Positions 30,524 through 40,875 are shown, numbered from the stretch's first letter. The stretch is 64,000 bases of DNA from Parcubacteria group bacterium (GCA_041660065.1 JBAZXC010000005.1:292-64291), one strand, 5' to 3'. The notes: generated from the sequence alone by a model not told the origin. Program-made: numbers and translations.

Positions 30524-31678
30524 TTAATTAAGAAGGGAGATATATGGCATAAGGAGATCACACATATCTGTATGGATTTCTTCTGTTGAATGTGCTGCAA
30601 GGGGTAGCTCGTAGTTATACTCTTCGAGAACCGTGATACCATCGAGCGTTTCTTCCAATGCAAGGTTTGCATTTTTTGTGTCGATCAACGCACAAAATGT
30701 GTGATCGTCATTTTCATACACGAGAAGAAATATTTTGCCTGATGGGTAATTTTGTTTCATTTTTTTCAAGATCGCGTGCAATTGGTGTTTTTCTGCTTTT
30801 GTCTGTATACGATCTTGATGTGTGATCGTTGAGATGACGATTTGTTTATGACAGGGCAGTGTGGTGAGATTTTTCATCGTGCGTCCCCACAATTGTAAGA
30901 GAGAGAAAGTCTGATTGCGATAGAGGTTGTGAATGATAATCTGCTGATCTGCGCCAAGCTCGATCAGGTGACTTGCTAGCGTCAATGCATGCGGTGTGGT
31001 GTTGTGATTTTGAAAACTGTTTGTTTCACTGATGATGCCGGCAAGGAGGCATTGCGCACAGGTTTTGGGAATTTTTGTGCTGGGTAATTTCTCGAGGACA
31101 TCACCGACAACTTCTGATACAGAGGATGCGACAGCATTGACGATATTCACTTGGCCATATTGTTCATTGGCACTTTTGTTGTCGATATTGATGATTGGAA
31201 TTTCATAAAAAATATCCGGCATATCATCATAGATCTTTCCCATGGATTCTTTTTCAATAGCACCAATGGCGATGATGATGTCATAGGGAAACTTGCCAGG
31301 GAGAAATGAAAAATCGCGAGAATCAACCATGCCATGCTCTGGTGTGATGCGAATATTGAGCGTGTCCTCACCCGGTTCTGTTTGTACATTGAGGATTTTG
31401 TTGTATTTTGTATTAAAAGAAAGGATGAGATCACGAGAGCCGGAGATAGAATGAACGATCGAAGAGTTTTTTGCACGGGGAAGAAAGTTGAGTGACGCAG
31501 TTTCTTCAAATGGATCGGAATAGGCAATTGTTGTGGTGATACTTTTTACCTCACAAAAATGCGTCAAAGCCAGGGCGCAACAAAACAAGTCATGCTTTGG
31601 GCTTTCCGGCAAAAGAATGAGGACGTGAGAACTGTTATTTAACAGTTTATCAAATTGTTTGACAACATCTTTGGACAT
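30524..31678 (-). CDS. Degenerate DHH/NrnA-like phosphoesterase-fold protein
   Basis: IINIDNK..N..YG.VN, SSVSE, AQCLLAGIISETNSF; DHH replaced by DNK. Confidence 0.7.
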   Translation of the reverse strand: MSKDVVKQFDKLLNNSSHVLILLPESPKHDLFCCALALTHFCEVKSITTTIAYSDPFEETASLNFLPRAKNSSIVHSISGSRDLILSFNTKYNKILNVQTEPGEDTLNIRITPEHGMVDSRDFSFLPGKFPYDIIIAIGAIEKESMGKIYDDMPDIFYEIPIINIDNKSANEQYGQVNIVNAVASSVSEVVGDVLEKLPSTKIPKTCAQCLLAGIISETNSFQNHNTTPHALTLASHLIELGADQQIIIHNLYRNQTFSLLQLWGRTMKNLTTLPCHKQIVISTITHQDRIQTKAEKHQLHAILKKMKQNYPSGKIFLLVYENDDHTFCALIDTKNANLALEETLDGITVLEEYNYELPLAAHSTEEIHTDMCDLLMPYISLLN

Positions 31679-31778
31679 GGCTGTTTGTCGTTTATTTAGG
31701 TGATATTACAGAGTATCAACGGATGATTGCTTTGTCAAACAATTGATTCTCCGGTCAAAATGTCGTATTCTATGAAGT

Positions 31779-32201
31779 ATGAAAACGATTATTTCAACGT
31801 CAATTGCGCAAACGCATGCATTTGCGCGAGATATTATTGAAAATTTGCCTGATAAAACCACCATAATTTGTTTGCAGGGTGAGCTTGGTAGTGGCAAAAC
31901 GACTTTAGCACAGGGGATTTTGGAGTATTGTGGTGCAGAGGGTCCGTATACCAGTCCGACATTTACGATCATAAAACAGTATGATATCGATGCATACGGC
32001 AAGAAGCGCGTATATCATATTGATACATATCGCATCGGCAGTCATGATATGATAGAATTGGGATGGCAAGAGATGATCAGCGATCGTCAAAATCTCATAA
32101 TTGTCGAATGGCCAGAGCGCATTGCCGATATTTTGCCGGCTGACGCGATAAAAATCTCGTGTGAATGGATCGATGAAAAAACGCGTAGGTATATTATGTA
32201 A
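31779..32201 (+). CDS. tsaE: tRNA t6A biosynthesis ATPase TsaE
   Basis: GELGSGKTT, SPTFTI...Y, HIDTYR, VEW. Confidence 0.95.
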   Translation: MKTIISTSIAQTHAFARDIIENLPDKTTIICLQGELGSGKTTLAQGILEYCGAEGPYTSPTFTIIKQYDIDAYGKKRVYHIDTYRIGSHDMIELGWQEMISDRQNLIIVEWPERIADILPADAIKISCEWIDEKTRRYIM

Positions 32202-32240
32202 TCAGTAAATGAAAAAATGATAAATCACTAAGTAACATAT

Positions 32241-32987
32241 ATGAAAAGAACCATAGCGGCAGTTGTTTTGCTCGGTGGGTGTATGATCCTCACCGGATGT
32301 AAACAACAGGAAGCAACAACAGATCAATCACAACAAGAAACGCAGAAGGCTAAGGGATATATTGATACAATGGCAGCTGTCAATAAGTCGTCGCGCGAAA
32401 AGATTGCAAGTGCGACCGAAGCAGAAAACAAGAGGTTAAATGAAACATTATCAGCAGACAATAATTCACAAACAACTATGCAAAACGTTCCATCGCAGAT
32501 CAATATGGATCTCGCGCAAACATGTAAAAGCGCAACGATCAAAACAAGCAAAGGGGATATTACCGTGTCATTTCATAATGCAGATGCGCCGGTTACCGTG
32601 GCAAATTTTTGTACACTTGCGCAAAAAGGGTTTTATGACGGTGTAATTTTTCATCGTGTGATCAAAGATTTCATGATCCAAGGAGGTGACCCGACAGGCA
32701 CGGGTACAGGCGGTCCTGGGTACAAATTTGCTGATGAACTTCCACAAGCCGGTGCATACAAGATCGGCTCACTCGCAATGGCAAACGCCGGACCAAATAC
32801 CAACGGTAGTCAATTCTTTATCGTGACAGGGGACGCTGGTGTGGGCTTGCCACCACTTTATACGCTGTTTGGGGAAGTGACGAGTGGACTGGATGTTGCT
32901 CTAGCGATTCAAGGGGTACCAACCGGCGCACAAGACAAACCAGTCGATGATGTGGTGATCACAAGTGTTGATGTGAGTGTGCAATAA
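32241..32987 (+). CDS. Cyclophilin-type peptidyl-prolyl isomerase, lipoprotein
   Basis: Lipobox LTGC; FHRVIKDFMIQGGDPTGTG.GGPGY, AMANAGPNTNGSQFFI. Confidence 0.95.
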   Translation: MKRTIAAVVLLGGCMILTGCKQQEATTDQSQQETQKAKGYIDTMAAVNKSSREKIASATEAENKRLNETLSADNNSQTTMQNVPSQINMDLAQTCKSATIKTSKGDITVSFHNADAPVTVANFCTLAQKGFYDGVIFHRVIKDFMIQGGDPTGTGTGGPGYKFADELPQAGAYKIGSLAMANAGPNTNGSQFFIVTGDAGVGLPPLYTLFGEVTSGLDVALAIQGVPTGAQDKPVDDVVITSVDVSVQ

Positions 32988-33027
32988 GTGAAATTGTAAG
33001 AATATAAAAACGACGTGTAGTGATTTT

Positions 33028-33062
33028 GCAGGAGCAGGTTTATAACCTGCTCCTTTCATTTT
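33028..33062 (+). repeat. GCAG-headed REP-like palindrome, copy 1
   Basis: GCAGGAGCAGGTTTATAACCTGCTCCTTTCATTTT; related copies at 39357, 48374, 59073, 59373. Confidence 0.8.
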
Positions 33063-33169
33063 AGCGGTGAGTATTTATAAAAAGAATCTTGGTAAGTACT
33101 AAGAAAACTTATTAGAAAATAAAAACGACGCACAGTGATGCACGTCGCTCTTTTTTTTGAAAGTCAATA

Positions 33170-33907
33170 TTAATATTCTTGGCCGATCGACCACATGGTT
33201 TCAAAAATACTTTTCAGACTGGCATGGATCTTTCGACTCTCAATGATCAGTGCGAATTTTTCTTCAAAGGATAAAATGCTTACTTTGTCACTGCCATAGA
33301 TCATGATCTCTATCTCAATATTGAAAATGTCAGTAGACAGGCATCGTGATTTTTGTAAGAATTCTGAATTTGTTTTATCAAATGGACTTAATTTTTCACT
33401 TTGTGGCAATAGTTTTCTTACAGAAATCCTTTTTTTAATCCTCTCGGGAATAAAATATTCAGAGAAAAAATCTTCGTCAAAATTAGACGTATACGCATCA
33501 TAATACATGACGCAAATTTCTTTTTTGGGATAGTTGAGTGCATCTTTCAAGACCTCCTTTATCCCAGCGGTTTCTTCAAAATAGCGAATGGTCGGCTTTT
33601 TGTCGATGAAATTGGCAAAGGAGAGAAGTTGGGGCATGAGATCGGAAATATGTTTTTTTCTTTCGTCCATCACGCGTTCCAGATTGCGAGGGTCTTCAGA
33701 AAAATAATGGATTTTGCCACCTTTTTTGATGGCACTCATAAGGCCTTTTTTCATCAGGTTTTCCAATGAGAGATAGACCGTGGTTCTCTTGATGTCTGAT
33801 TTGGTAGCGATCCTGCTCACCGAGGCCTCGCCCAACTCCAAAGCGGCCAAATAGATTTTGGCCTCTGTTTCAGTGAGTCCGGCGTCTGATAGTTGTTTGT
33901 AAAGCAT
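33170..33907 (-). CDS. TrmB-family transcriptional regulator
   Basis: GLTETEAKIYLAALELG...VSRIA..S.IKRTTVY..LENL..KGL; start at ATG 33907. Confidence 0.85.
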   Translation of the reverse strand: MLYKQLSDAGLTETEAKIYLAALELGEASVSRIATKSDIKRTTVYLSLENLMKKGLMSAIKKGGKIHYFSEDPRNLERVMDERKKHISDLMPQLLSFANFIDKKPTIRYFEETAGIKEVLKDALNYPKKEICVMYYDAYTSNFDEDFFSEYFIPERIKKRISVRKLLPQSEKLSPFDKTNSEFLQKSRCLSTDIFNIEIEIMIYGSDKVSILSFEEKFALIIESRKIHASLKSIFETMWSIGQEY

Positions 33908-34139
33908 AGATGTAAATAGTGTCATCGGAAATGACAACACATTTATTATATCATATATACAAAAAAAGTCAATAAATAAGGTATTTTTATGATATTCTAA
34001 ATTATAATTTTGTCACACCAGGCATTTATAATGACAAAAGTCAATTTTTATGTTATACTACACAGTCAAGTTAAGAAAGAGTTTTGAGACTTGAGGATCT
34101 TTAAAAACTGAATGAAAATAATTCCCAAGGAGGAATAAA

Positions 34140-34514
34140 ATGGAAAGAATAGATCTGATTTATATGGAAGAAGAAGTACACGTTGTGTTCTCCCGCAACG
34201 GAAAGTATGAAATCACCTGCATGGGTGATTGTTGCGGGAGGAGAGAGCTCTTCTTTGAAGCAGTTAATAGACTGTTGAAAGGAGAGGAAAGGAAGTTGCT
34301 CATAATATGGGCAGCATATGTTCATGAGGATCTTGTGAAAAAACTCTTCTTGAAATTCAATGTTATAAAATCAGGTCAGTTCCACACCTGTAGAATTGGT
34401 GAAAAAGGTACATGCTATGCATGCAACATAGAGTTGGAAAAACGTATTGAAGCATCCTCGACAGAGGATATCAGAAATACACTTTTCAAAATAAAGTCCC
34501 TAGGACTTTATTAA
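34140..34514 (+). CDS. Orphan Cys-containing hypothetical protein
   Basis: AAGGAGG SD, promoter ATGACA-17-TATACT (34031-34059), terminator after the stop. Confidence 0.7.
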   Translation: MERIDLIYMEEEVHVVFSRNGKYEITCMGDCCGRRELFFEAVNRLLKGEERKLLIIWAAYVHEDLVKKLFLKFNVIKSGQFHTCRIGEKGTCYACNIELEKRIEASSTEDIRNTLFKIKSLGLY

Positions 34515-34528
34515 ATCTCTGTAATGTT

Positions 34529-34569
34529 TACGTTCACACCCCGCTGATGCAAATGCATCGGCGGGGTTT
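34529..34569 (+). terminator. Terminator-like hairpin, copy 1 of a direct repeat
   Basis: TACGTTCACACCCCGCTGATGC-aaat-GCATCGGCGGGGTTT. Confidence 0.75.
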
Positions 34570-34581
34570 AATTATAAAAAT

Positions 34582-35235
34582 ATGGAATTAAAAATGGAAA
34601 ATTCAAAAAATAGAATAAATTGGTCGGAGATACTGAAGAAATATGGAGTACCAACAGTTTTGAAAGATAAATTGCTGAGACCGTATTTTGAAAAAGTTGA
34701 TGTGAAAGAGTCTATTTTAGATGTTGGTTGCGGTACGGGATATTTCTCGGGAATTCTATGTGCGAGGGGCTATAAAGTATCAGGAGTTGATCTGAATAGC
34801 CAATTGGAAAGCACTGATCGATTCGATTTTGATCAAGCGGATTTTGTCTCATTTGAAACGAACAAAAAGTTTCAAACCATCTTGTTGATCAACATCTTAA
34901 CCACCGTTCCTTTTTCAGATAGGATAAAAATCCTCGAAAAGATAAAAGAAATAAAAACTGAAGAAGGAATTGCTTATGTGGTCAACACCAATGCTGATTT
35001 GGTGGGAACTGATTTTAACTCAGAATCTCTTTCTAGCTATAGGCTGGCGGATGATAAAGTGAGACTTAAGGCCAAATTGGTCAATGGGAGGTCTATTGAG
35101 TTTGATGATTATGTAATCGGGAGAGAAGAAATGAAAGAAATGTGTGCAATGGTTGGTCTATATATTGTGGAGATAAAAGATTTCCAATCTGAAGAGATAG
35201 ACAAACCGATTTATGAGATGTATGTATTGAAATAA
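34582..35235 (+). CDS. Class I SAM-dependent methyltransferase
   Basis: ILDVGCGTG, VSGVDL, QADF. Confidence 0.85.
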   Translation: MELKMENSKNRINWSEILKKYGVPTVLKDKLLRPYFEKVDVKESILDVGCGTGYFSGILCARGYKVSGVDLNSQLESTDRFDFDQADFVSFETNKKFQTILLINILTTVPFSDRIKILEKIKEIKTEEGIAYVVNTNADLVGTDFNSESLSSYRLADDKVRLKAKLVNGRSIEFDDYVIGREEMKEMCAMVGLYIVEIKDFQSEEIDKPIYEMYVLK

Positions 35236-35277
35236 TACGTTCACACCCCGTTGATGCAATGCATCAGCGGGGCTTTT
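35236..35277 (+). terminator. Terminator-like hairpin, copy 2 of a direct repeat
   Basis: TACGTTCACACCCCGTTGATGC-aat-GCATCAGCGGGGCTTTT. Confidence 0.75.
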
Positions 35278-35367
35278 ATTTTTAAAAGATGCAAAAAATT
35301 GCGAAGACTTTTTTGCACAATTGGTATAAGCACGCTATCATAAAAGTGTGCTTTTATAATATCTTCT

Positions 35368-38064
35368 ATGACAAAAAATAAACATTCCTCCTCCGCTAAA
35401 GCTACGGCGGGACGTAGTAAAACACTTTTACTTCTTGATGGAAATGCGATTCTGCATAGGGCGTATCATGCGATCCCGCCGCTTTCGACCGATGATGGCG
35501 TGCAGACCAATGCGGTGTATGGATTTGTATCCACACTTTTTACTGTATTGGAAAAATTCCAGCCGGAATATATCGTGGCGTCGTTTGATGTGCCGGGGAA
35601 GAATTTTCGTCATGAGATGTTTCCTGAATACAAAACAAAGCGCAAAGAAACGCCGGAAGACCTTACGCCACAATTTGATCTCGTTAAGGATGTGGTGCGA
35701 TCGTTGGGGATCACGATTGTGGAGAAAGAAGGCTTTGAGGCAGATGATGTGATCGGGACGATCTCTACACATATTACTGATGATGTGGATGTGGTGATCG
35801 TGACAGGGGATAAAGATACATTGCAACTGGTCAACGATCATGTACGCGTATTTACAATGTCGCGCGGTATCCATGACATGGTGCTCTATGACAGGGAATT
35901 GGTCAAAGATAAAATGGGTGTAGAGGTGGAGCAAATCGTGGACTATAAGGGCTTGCGCGGGGATCCAAGTGATAACATCCCCGGCGTGAAGGGCATCGGA
36001 GAAAAGACGGCTGTCGAACTTTTGACAACATATCATGATCTGGACCACATTTACAGTCATATCGATGAGATCAAGGACAGCGTGCGCAAAAAATTGGAAG
36101 CAAATAAAGAAAAAGCCTATCTCTCACGAACACTTGGCATCATTCGTACGGATGTGCCTGTTGCCCTCATCAATCTCGGTGCGGCACAAACAGCGGATAT
36201 CACATTTGATCGCGCACGCACGATGTTTCACAAACTGGGGTTCAATAGTTTGATCAGGCGATTTCCCACTTCTGCAGGGGCGCAGGAAAAAACACAATCG
36301 CAAAAAAACGCAATGCACATTACAGTTGTCGCGGAACGTGATGTGGCGATGGTATGCAAAAAATGCGCATCATCTGTGGTAAGTGTTGCGATTGACGCTT
36401 CGCAGACGCAAATGTATGGTATGGCGCTGTTTGTGGGTGATCAAGTACAGTATATGCCATATACACAAAAAACAGCGGAAATCCTTGGGCATTTTATGAA
36501 GGACAGTACGATCAAAAAAGTGATTTATGATGTAAAATCATTTTTGCATGATGTGGAGCGGTGGCATATGACAGTTGACGGCGTAGTGGATGATGTGTTG
36601 CTTCAAGCATATGTGGTCCAACAAAACAAAAAATTCGATCTCGATGCGCTTGCCTTTGATGTGCTAGGTGTTTTGTCAGAGGGAAAAAAGACAAGCAATC
36701 AAATGGCGCTTATGTTACGCGATCATGATGAACAGGTCAATGTCGTATGCACACGCGCATATCATACGGCAATGTTGCATGCACATTTTTGTGCAAAGAT
36801 CGATGAGATCATCAAAACGCAAAAAGAAAAAGCGAATATCAAAACCGTTTTGGATACGATTGAGATGCCACTCATCGATGTGCTTTTTCACATGGAAAAG
36901 AGAGGCATTGGCATTGACAAAGGTCGTCTCAAAGAAATTGCCACAGTGATCAATGCGGAGATTGATACACTTACGCAGACGATTTACGGTCATGCGGGAG
37001 AAGTTTTCAATATCAACTCTACACAACAATTGCGCGTGATCCTCTTTGATAAATTACAGATCTCGACGCAAAATATCAAAAAAACCAAAACAGGATTTTC
37101 TACGGCATCTGATGAGTTGGGAAAAATTCGTGACGTGCATCCGATCGTTGCGGAGATCGAGCGATATCGTGAGCTTTTCAAGCTCAAGACAACGTATGTG
37201 GATGTACTGCCAACTTTGACCGATGCGGAAGATCGTATCCACACAACATTCAATCAAGCGGTGGCAACGACGGGACGATTGTCATCATCAGACCCAAATC
37301 TGCAAAACATCCCGATCCGCACAGAGGATGGACGGCGTTTGCGCGAAGGCTTCAAAGCAAAAAAAGGATATACATTTGTCAGCGTGGATTATTCGCAGAT
37401 CGATCTGCGGTGTGTGGCGCATGTTAGTGGTGATCCGGCATTGATCAAAGCGTTCAATGACGGTATGGACATTCACACATATACGGCGGCACAGGTGTTG
37501 GGTATTGCACCGGAGGAGATTACCAAGGAACAGCGTAGAAGTGCCAAGGAATTGAATTTTGGGCTCATCTATGGCATGGGACAGTTTGGGTTTGCACGAG
37601 CGGCTGGCATTGATACCAAAGAGGCCAAGAAATTCATTACGGCATATTTTGAAAAGTTTGCCGGTGTGAAGGTATATATCGAAAATACCAAAAAACAAGC
37701 GATGAAGAGCGGGTATGTGGAAACGCTTTTCGGTCGCAGACGCTATGTCAAAGAGATCCAATCAAAGAATTTTCAATTACACGCGGCAGGGGAGCGTGCG
37801 GCGATCAACATGCCGATCCAAGGACTTGCGGCAGACATTATGAAACTGGCGATGATCGCGGCAGATCGTCATATCGCAAAGAAGTATGGCACAGATGATG
37901 CATATGCCGTATTGCAAATTCACGATGAGATCATTTTTGAAGTGTGTGAAGAATTGGCAGGAGAGTTTGCAGAGCAGATGACACATGTAATGGAGAATGT
38001 CTGCACGTTGAAAGTTCCACTAGCTGTCGATGTGTCACAAGGCGAGCGGTGGAGTGAGCTGTAG
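35368..38064 (+). CDS. polA: DNA polymerase I
   Basis: LLLDGN....RAYHA, EADDVIGT, GDPSDNIPGVKGIGEKTA, TGRLSSSDPNLQNIP, DYSQI, QIHDE. Confidence 0.98.
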   Translation: MTKNKHSSSAKATAGRSKTLLLLDGNAILHRAYHAIPPLSTDDGVQTNAVYGFVSTLFTVLEKFQPEYIVASFDVPGKNFRHEMFPEYKTKRKETPEDLTPQFDLVKDVVRSLGITIVEKEGFEADDVIGTISTHITDDVDVVIVTGDKDTLQLVNDHVRVFTMSRGIHDMVLYDRELVKDKMGVEVEQIVDYKGLRGDPSDNIPGVKGIGEKTAVELLTTYHDLDHIYSHIDEIKDSVRKKLEANKEKAYLSRTLGIIRTDVPVALINLGAAQTADITFDRARTMFHKLGFNSLIRRFPTSAGAQEKTQSQKNAMHITVVAERDVAMVCKKCASSVVSVAIDASQTQMYGMALFVGDQVQYMPYTQKTAEILGHFMKDSTIKKVIYDVKSFLHDVERWHMTVDGVVDDVLLQAYVVQQNKKFDLDALAFDVLGVLSEGKKTSNQMALMLRDHDEQVNVVCTRAYHTAMLHAHFCAKIDEIIKTQKEKANIKTVLDTIEMPLIDVLFHMEKRGIGIDKGRLKEIATVINAEIDTLTQTIYGHAGEVFNINSTQQLRVILFDKLQISTQNIKKTKTGFSTASDELGKIRDVHPIVAEIERYRELFKLKTTYVDVLPTLTDAEDRIHTTFNQAVATTGRLSSSDPNLQNIPIRTEDGRRLREGFKAKKGYTFVSVDYSQIDLRCVAHVSGDPALIKAFNDGMDIHTYTAAQVLGIAPEEITKEQRRSAKELNFGLIYGMGQFGFARAAGIDTKEAKKFITAYFEKFAGVKVYIENTKKQAMKSGYVETLFGRRRYVKEIQSKNFQLHAAGERAAINMPIQGLAADIMKLAMIAADRHIAKKYGTDDAYAVLQIHDEIIFEVCEELAGEFAEQMTHVMENVCTLKVPLAVDVSQGERWSEL
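35387..35413 (+). repeat. Palindromic repeat inserted in frame in the polA 5' end
   Basis: CCTCCTCCGCTAAAGCTACGGCGGGAC (encodes SSSAKATAG); related to 62177-62210. Confidence 0.6.
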
Positions 38065-38232
38065 GATTATTACATTTCTTTATGCTTTGTATCAAAAATA
38101 AAAAAGGCGGAAAATTGTGTTAAGCTTTTCTGCCTTTTTGATCAATTCATCAATTTTTTTAAAACATCTCATAAAAAAAGTAGCTTTATGTTTTTAGCAC
38201 AAAGCTACTTAGCGTTGATTTTTTGGAGAAAT

Positions 38233-38796
38233 TTATCTCGGAATAGGGTATGGCGGAGTTAAAGTTCCTTCTGGAATATGGATAATATATTTACCTGTAA
38301 AATTTGGTTGTAAATTTTCGTAAAGCATTTTTGGTAAGAAATAATGCATTAGGGGTTGTTGAACCGTGTTTTTTTCTACTTCAAATGCAATATATGCATC
38401 TTCTCTATTTTTATCCTGGAGTATCTTCACTTTACGGCATGAAAGCATTGTAAAGGCAACTTTACGGCGATCGTTTTTGTCTAGATCTTGTTGATGAAAT
38501 GCGTAATAACAGTTGTTATCAATTCGCACTTCAGAAACATAACTATTTTCTGAGATTGGAGCTATAGACATTTTGTAATCCTCAACTAATTGCGTCGTGG
38601 AAAAAATCCGGATTAAAAAGCCTATGATAATAAATCCAATTACAGTGCCAAGTCCTGCCCCAATAACAGATGATATAATTGTATTAGTGCGAGTAATTTT
38701 TTGGCCTTTTTTCTCCGCATGAATTTCATTTGCTTTTACAACAAATCTCCCAAAAAATAATGCCAAACAAATCAATGCTATTAATGATGTAATCAT
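38233..38796 (-). CDS. Orphan membrane protein
   Basis: Two N-terminal hydrophobic segments; AAGGAG SD. Confidence 0.7.
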   Translation of the reverse strand: MITSLIALICLALFFGRFVVKANEIHAEKKGQKITRTNTIISSVIGAGLGTVIGFIIIGFLIRIFSTTQLVEDYKMSIAPISENSYVSEVRIDNNCYYAFHQQDLDKNDRRKVAFTMLSCRKVKILQDKNREDAYIAFEVEKNTVQQPLMHYFLPKMLYENLQPNFTGKYIIHIPEGTLTPPYPIPR

Positions 38797-39036
38797 GAAT
38801 AGTTTCTCCTTTTAAGGTACAATATGATGGCAAAATGCCACGAAATATATTTATCCAAATTTCAATTAAAATTAGCTCATTTTGCAAAAAAAGTCAATGA
38901 TCAATCTCATCTCCTCTTTATATGGGAAAAACATGGAAAAACAAAATATTGACAATCTTACTATTTTGGAGTACATTGCAAAGCTGTAATGTCGAGGTGG
39001 CTTATTGCAGAATCATACATATAAAGGGAGGTAATC

Positions 39037-39294
39037 ATGCAGAGTAAATTTACAAGTGCAATTCCAAAAGTTGGACAAATTGTAGAAATTACAGTTAAAG
39101 ATTTTGTTATGGAGGCTCGCGTTAAATATCGATACGCAAATCCAGTAAGCCAAGAAATAGTTCTCGATGTAACTGATGCTCCCAAGTCGACCATACCGGT
39201 CGTACTCGTCTATCAAGACGGCAATTGGAAGGTCACATCGCCGGAGAGATGCCCGTTTTATAACAGAGAAGTCTTCGTTAATGTTTTGGAGTGA
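39037..39294 (+). CDS. Orphan small protein
   Basis: GGAGGT SD; promoter TTGACA-17-TACATT (38949-38977). Confidence 0.65.
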   Translation: MQSKFTSAIPKVGQIVEITVKDFVMEARVKYRYANPVSQEIVLDVTDAPKSTIPVVLVYQDGNWKVTSPERCPFYNREVFVNVLE

Positions 39295-39356
39295 CGATCG
39301 ACAAAGGAAAGCCATTTTTTTGAGAGTCAATGATTCCTCACGGATGATTTAACCTT

Positions 39357-39390
39357 GCAGGAGCATGTTTGCAACATGCTCCTTTTATTT
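39357..39390 (+). repeat. GCAG-headed REP-like palindrome, copy 2
   Basis: GCAGGAGCATGTTTGCAACATGCTCCTTTT, with a compensatory stem change. Confidence 0.8.
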
Positions 39391-39525
39391 CGTTCAAGCA
39401 CACGGAATTTATTACATGGTTTTACTCTTGTTTAAAACGATTGTGTGCATTATAATACACAATTGGCACGTAGTATAAAATGTGTGATATACTAACAAAT
39501 GAACATTAACTAAATATCATAATAT

Positions 39526-40797
39526 ATGAAAAAAGGATATATATATGCAGTCAGCGCCGGATGTCTTGCGGTGATCGCATTGTCTGGATGCGGATGTAAA
39601 CGAAATGCAGAGGAGATTTCTACTGAGGAAAAAACGCCCGGAAACGTTGTTGTGCCATATGAAAAACCGGCAAATGCCAGTCCGATCACCGGGCTTGCAT
39701 GTGATAATTATGACAAACGTCCTTTTGGCGTGATGTATAGTGGTGATGTGGAGACACGACCGTATTTTTCCAATATTACCAAGGCGGATATGGTGGTGGA
39801 GATGCCACACCGCGCGATCCATGATGGGACGCGTGTGATGGGTGTTTTCGGGTGTAATGCGCCGACACAAATTGGTCCGATGCGATCAGCACGAGTGGAT
39901 TTTATGAATGTGGCAGGCTCGATCGATGCAGTGTTCGTGTTGTGGGGCGGGGATAGCGTGACCAAAAATCTCTTGGATAACAAAGTGATGAACAGTCTGA
40001 CATGCGCTGATGGTGGTGTAAATGCGGGTGATGCGGCATGCTATCGCTTGGACAAGGGCGTTGTGCCATTGGATATGGAAGACCGCGCGTTTACATCGAT
40101 GCCGGAACTCATCAAATCAGCGAGCGGATATGGCTATTCCAACCAAAATACATTTGCCGGATTTGAACATCAAGGAGAAATTTCCAGAGACCAGCGTCCG
40201 GAATATGGCCAAATCTCAGTGGGCTATGACAATCCATTTCGTGTGAACTACGAATACAATCCTGAGACAAACTCTTATGATCGTCTTTTCAACAAAAAGG
40301 AGGAATATGATTTTGTGACCAAGGAACGGGTATCGCCAAAGAATGTGATCGTGATCCAGACAAAAAAAGATGCTTTTTATATCGACACAGACTATGTGTC
40401 GCAGGGACTTCGTGATCCATGGGCTGGTATAGATGAAACGCACAAAAAGAACGACAATGGACAATATCCGAACTTTCAGCTCGGTGATCCGTGGTTTGAT
40501 ACGAGATTTGAGGGAGAAGCATATTTCTATATGAACGGACAAGAGATCGTTGGCACATGGAAGAAAGAACGAGGAGACAAAAAACCATTCAAATTTTATG
40601 ATGCAAATGGACAGGATGTTCACTTTGTGCCAGGACAAATTTGGTTGCAGGTTGTGTCTAATGGCAAGACGGTAAAATGGAATCCCGGTACGGCAGAGGA
40701 TCGTGCAGAAAATAAGACAAAGCGCGAACAGGCGGCTCTTGCGCCGGCGACGACCGCAACGGATGCTACGGCTACCACAGAAACAACAGCAGAGTAA
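39526..40797 (+). CDS. DUF3048 (YerB-like) lipoprotein
   Basis: Lipobox LSGC; SPITG, RP..VM, AD.V.E, TR, GPMRSAR, PGQIW. Confidence 0.8.
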   Translation: MKKGYIYAVSAGCLAVIALSGCGCKRNAEEISTEEKTPGNVVVPYEKPANASPITGLACDNYDKRPFGVMYSGDVETRPYFSNITKADMVVEMPHRAIHDGTRVMGVFGCNAPTQIGPMRSARVDFMNVAGSIDAVFVLWGGDSVTKNLLDNKVMNSLTCADGGVNAGDAACYRLDKGVVPLDMEDRAFTSMPELIKSASGYGYSNQNTFAGFEHQGEISRDQRPEYGQISVGYDNPFRVNYEYNPETNSYDRLFNKKEEYDFVTKERVSPKNVIVIQTKKDAFYIDTDYVSQGLRDPWAGIDETHKKNDNGQYPNFQLGDPWFDTRFEGEAYFYMNGQEIVGTWKKERGDKKPFKFYDANGQDVHFVPGQIWLQVVSNGKTVKWNPGTAEDRAENKTKREQAALAPATTATDATATTETTAE

Positions 40798-40875
40798 TTG
40801 ACCCAAAAAGGATCAAATAAAGAGCGTCCAACGTATGCTATAATGTGCAAATGGGCGCTTTTTTAATGGAAAATT

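Noticed and set aside
34529-35277. Integron attC sites
   Set aside because: No RYYYAAC/GTTRRRY ends and no integron integrase; kept only as an analogy.
35428-37986. Long antisense or alternate-frame ORFs within polA (and similarly in pilB, metG, recQ)
   Set aside because: Shadows of codon bias in well-supported genes, with no motifs or expression signals.
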